In this document: piece after piece, positions 61,832 to 64,000 of the stretch | Numbering within the stretch: position 1 is the first letter of the stretch | Layout of the letters: every line of letters begins with the position of its first letter | Source: Nitrospirales bacterium | GTDB lineage: Bacteria > Nitrospirota > Nitrospiria > Nitrospirales > UBA8639 | Reading direction: 5' to 3' | Assembly (NCBI GenBank): GCA_965223295.1 | Contig: CBDCWC010000002.1 | Coordinates: forward strand, 1,568,001 to 1,632,000 | Length of the DNA stretch: 64,000 nucleotides | The notes under the pieces: generated by a model | Databases searched by the model: none | What the model was told of the DNA's origin: nothing | The model's input: the letters and a program-made list of their open reading frames with translations, nothing else | Translations under genes and position numbers: made by a program

Positions 61832-62038
61832 ATGGCAACAATCGCTCGTGTCACCGAAATTATTGCGAGTTCACCCAAAAGCTTTGATGATGCTATGGCC
61901 GCGGGAGTTAAACGTGCCCATAAGACGTTAAAGAATGTATCCGGCGCCTGGATTAAGGACCAATCGGTCAAAATTGAAAAAGGCAAAATCGTACAGTACC
62001 GAGTCACCTTGAAAATCACGTTTATTCTCACAAATTAA
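61832..62038 (+). CDS. Dodecin family protein
   Basis: EIIASSPKSFDDA...RAHKTL...YRVTLKITF; AGGAGG RBS. Confidence 0.92.
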   Translation: MATIARVTEIIASSPKSFDDAMAAGVKRAHKTLKNVSGAWIKDQSVKIEKGKIVQYRVTLKITFILTN

Positions 62039-62045
62039 GGCACGG

Positions 62046-62081
62046 TGAAGGAGGCCAGAGGAAGACTTCTGTCCTCCTTCA
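62046..62081 (+). terminator. Hairpin after dodecin
   Basis: TGAAGGAGG...CCTCCTTCA stem; weak U tail. Confidence 0.5.
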
Positions 62082-62102
62082 TCAGTTTCTGCTTGAGTCT
62101 CT

Positions 62103-62966
62103 ATGTTCAATGCTCTTTCGCATCCTTATCTCGTGCTGCCTAATCATTCTTTTCGGCATGCACAGGCGTCGACTCAACCTCCTAAGTCTGCTCCCAGCAA
62201 AAAAATCTGCGAAAAACGGCTAGAAAAATATATTGAGCACTGTGACGAACTACAGCGTCGACTCTATGCCCATGATCGCTATTCTCTTTTGCTCATCTTT
62301 CAAGCCATGGATGCCGCTGGAAAAGATGGCACCATTCGAGCGGTCATGCGCGGTATAAATCCAGCAGGCTGCCAAGTTTTTTCGTTCAAACAGCCATCAC
62401 ATCGTGAATTAGATCATGATTTTTTATGGCGCACCACTTCTCGCCTACCAGAACGGGGACGCATCGGCATTTTCAACCGCAGCTATTACGAAGAGGTCTT
62501 AGTTGTCCGCGTTCATCCTGAATATCTCAAGAATCAGAAACTCCCCGCACCTACCAAGTCAGCTATCTGGGAAGAACGGCTCGAATCAATTCAACATCAC
62601 GAGTTGCACCTGGCTCGAAATGGAACCATTGTTCTAAAATTTTGGCTCCATGTCTCCAAAGACGAACAACGACGGCGCCTTCTGGCACGGCTGAACGAAC
62701 CCGAGAAACATTGGAAATTCTCTCAACAGGATTTAGAAGAACGAAAACTCTGGAAACAGTACATGACAGCTTATGAGGCTGCAGTGAACGCCACCTCACA
62801 ACCATGGGCCCCTTGGTATGTGATCCCTGCCGACGATAAGCCCTATATGCGCATGTGCGTAGCCGAAATCATCACGCAGACGTTAGAAAGTCTCAATCTT
62901 CAGTATCCCAAGGTGAGCAAAGTTCAGCGTCAAAAATTTGAAAAGTTTCGCAAACAGCTCAATTGA
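62103..62966 (+). CDS. ppk2: Polyphosphate kinase 2 family protein
   Basis: QAMDAAGKDG, FNRSYYE, KFWLHVS and APWYVIPAD motifs. Confidence 0.93.
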   Translation: MFNALSHPYLVLPNHSFRHAQASTQPPKSAPSKKICEKRLEKYIEHCDELQRRLYAHDRYSLLLIFQAMDAAGKDGTIRAVMRGINPAGCQVFSFKQPSHRELDHDFLWRTTSRLPERGRIGIFNRSYYEEVLVVRVHPEYLKNQKLPAPTKSAIWEERLESIQHHELHLARNGTIVLKFWLHVSKDEQRRRLLARLNEPEKHWKFSQQDLEERKLWKQYMTAYEAAVNATSQPWAPWYVIPADDKPYMRMCVAEIITQTLESLNLQYPKVSKVQRQKFEKFRKQLN

Positions 62967-63073
62967 GCTTCCTCATACGACTGAACCGTCTTCAAAAAGT
63001 TGATTGATCACTAAGTTGTATTAGTAAGTACCGCTCTCAACCAAACTATTTCGCAACAAGGAACAAATCATCA

Positions 63074-64000
63074 ATGATTGAGGGTTTTTGGCAAGAAGTG
63101 CAGCAAGTCTGGCATGAAGGGATTTTGGGGACGAACCTAAGCGACATTATCCTGGCCATTGGAATTTTTCTGCTGTTCTTATTCGCCCGACGACTGTTTT
63201 TTAGAACCACCGTCAAATCAATCAAACTACTTGTTCGAAGAACCCAAACCACTCTCGATGATGAGATTCTTGCTGCAATCGAACAGCCCCTTGAATTTGC
63301 CTTTGTTGTCATAGGCCTCTACGTTGCCGGACAATTCGTATCCCTGTCTGATACCCTCGCCCACATTCTCGCTCAACTCGTCCGTTCCATGATTGCTATC
63401 ACGATTTTTTGGGCCATCTTTCGGGTCATTGATCCGCTCTCCAGTTTGTTTGACCGCGCCGTCGGGCTCTTTGGCAGTGAAAGTATGCACGAAACCATCA
63501 AAGGGTTTTTCGTCAAAGTCGCGAAAGCTATTGTTGTGTGCTTAGGGATTGCAGCCGTTTTTCAGGAATGGGGTTTTAATATTGCAGCCGTGCTGGGCAG
63601 TCTGGGACTAGTCGGGATGGCCGTAGCGCTGGGGGCCCAAGATTTTATCAAAAACATGTTTGCCGGATTGACGATTTTTTTGGATCGGATGTTTGAGAAA
63701 GGCAATTGGATTAAAACACCAGACGTGGAAGGCAACATTGAAGAAATTGGGTTTCGTGCCACAAAAATCCGGCAGTTTGACAAAGCACTCGTCACCATTC
63801 CTAATTCCAAGCTTGCGAGTGAAGCCCTCGTGAATTATTCCCGCATGACGCAACGACGAATCTATTGGAGCATCGGCGTGGAATATCGAAGTTCACATGA
63901 GCAAATACGCTCGATTATCCAAGATATTCGAGACTACCTTTATAGTAATTCCGACTTTGAAACCGATCCTCAAAAGACTAAAACTTTTGTCTTTTTGAAC
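63074..64000 (+). CDS. MscS family mechanosensitive channel (3'-truncated; absent from the ORF track)
   Basis: Manual translation: MIEGFWQEV...LGLVGMAVALGAQDFIKNMFAGLTIFLDRMFEKGNWI...EGNIEEIGFRATKIR...VTIPNS. Confidence 0.92.
   Translation, partial: MIEGFWQEVQQVWHEGILGTNLSDIILAIGIFLLFLFARRLFFRTTVKSIKLLVRRTQTTLDDEILAAIEQPLEFAFVVIGLYVAGQFVSLSDTLAHILAQLVRSMIAITIFWAIFRVIDPLSSLFDRAVGLFGSESMHETIKGFFVKVAKAIVVCLGIAAVFQEWGFNIAAVLGSLGLVGMAVALGAQDFIKNMFAGLTIFLDRMFEKGNWIKTPDVEGNIEEIGFRATKIRQFDKALVTIPNSKLASEALVNYSRMTQRRIYWSIGVEYRSSHEQIRSIIQDIRDYLYSNSDFETDPQKTKTFVFLN

Overview
A 64-kb bacterial chromosomal segment. Gene content and protein style suggest Nitrospirota/Nitrospirales (inference only). Most of it is housekeeping: tsaD-hflX-nth-yicC-gmk-rpoZ-coaBC, clpC, nadK, rplI-glyA-nrdR, tRNA-Leu(CAG), msrA, ttcA, mtgA, cbpA-cbpM, an RRM protein, ppk2 and mscS. 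Small accessory patches encode lipid/phosphate hydrolases and uncharacterised lipoproteins. Main observations beyond the ORF track: (1) a homologous ~160-bp regulatory module, made of two tandem GTATCT-N4-(A)GATA(A/C) palindromic boxes 21-22 bp apart plus a sigma54-like -24/-12 element ~105-110 bp downstream, recurs three times, upstream of a DUF2235 phospholipase, a lipoprotein pair, and a PhoD-lipoprotein-lipase run; this is a candidate undescribed sigma54 regulon; (2) the lipoprotein pair lies between the intact rbp 3' end plus terminator and a decayed copy of both; (3) nine copies of a ~191-bp MITE with three inverted-repeat ends and ~5-bp target duplications, two carrying a nested ~35-bp hairpin, plus two copies of a second MITE; (4) hflX probably starts at AUC; (5) the DUF2235 gene is split by one in-frame UAG; (6) a SLOG-like/patatin pair beside the tRNA. 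No CRISPR array, rRNA, transposase or integrase was seen.
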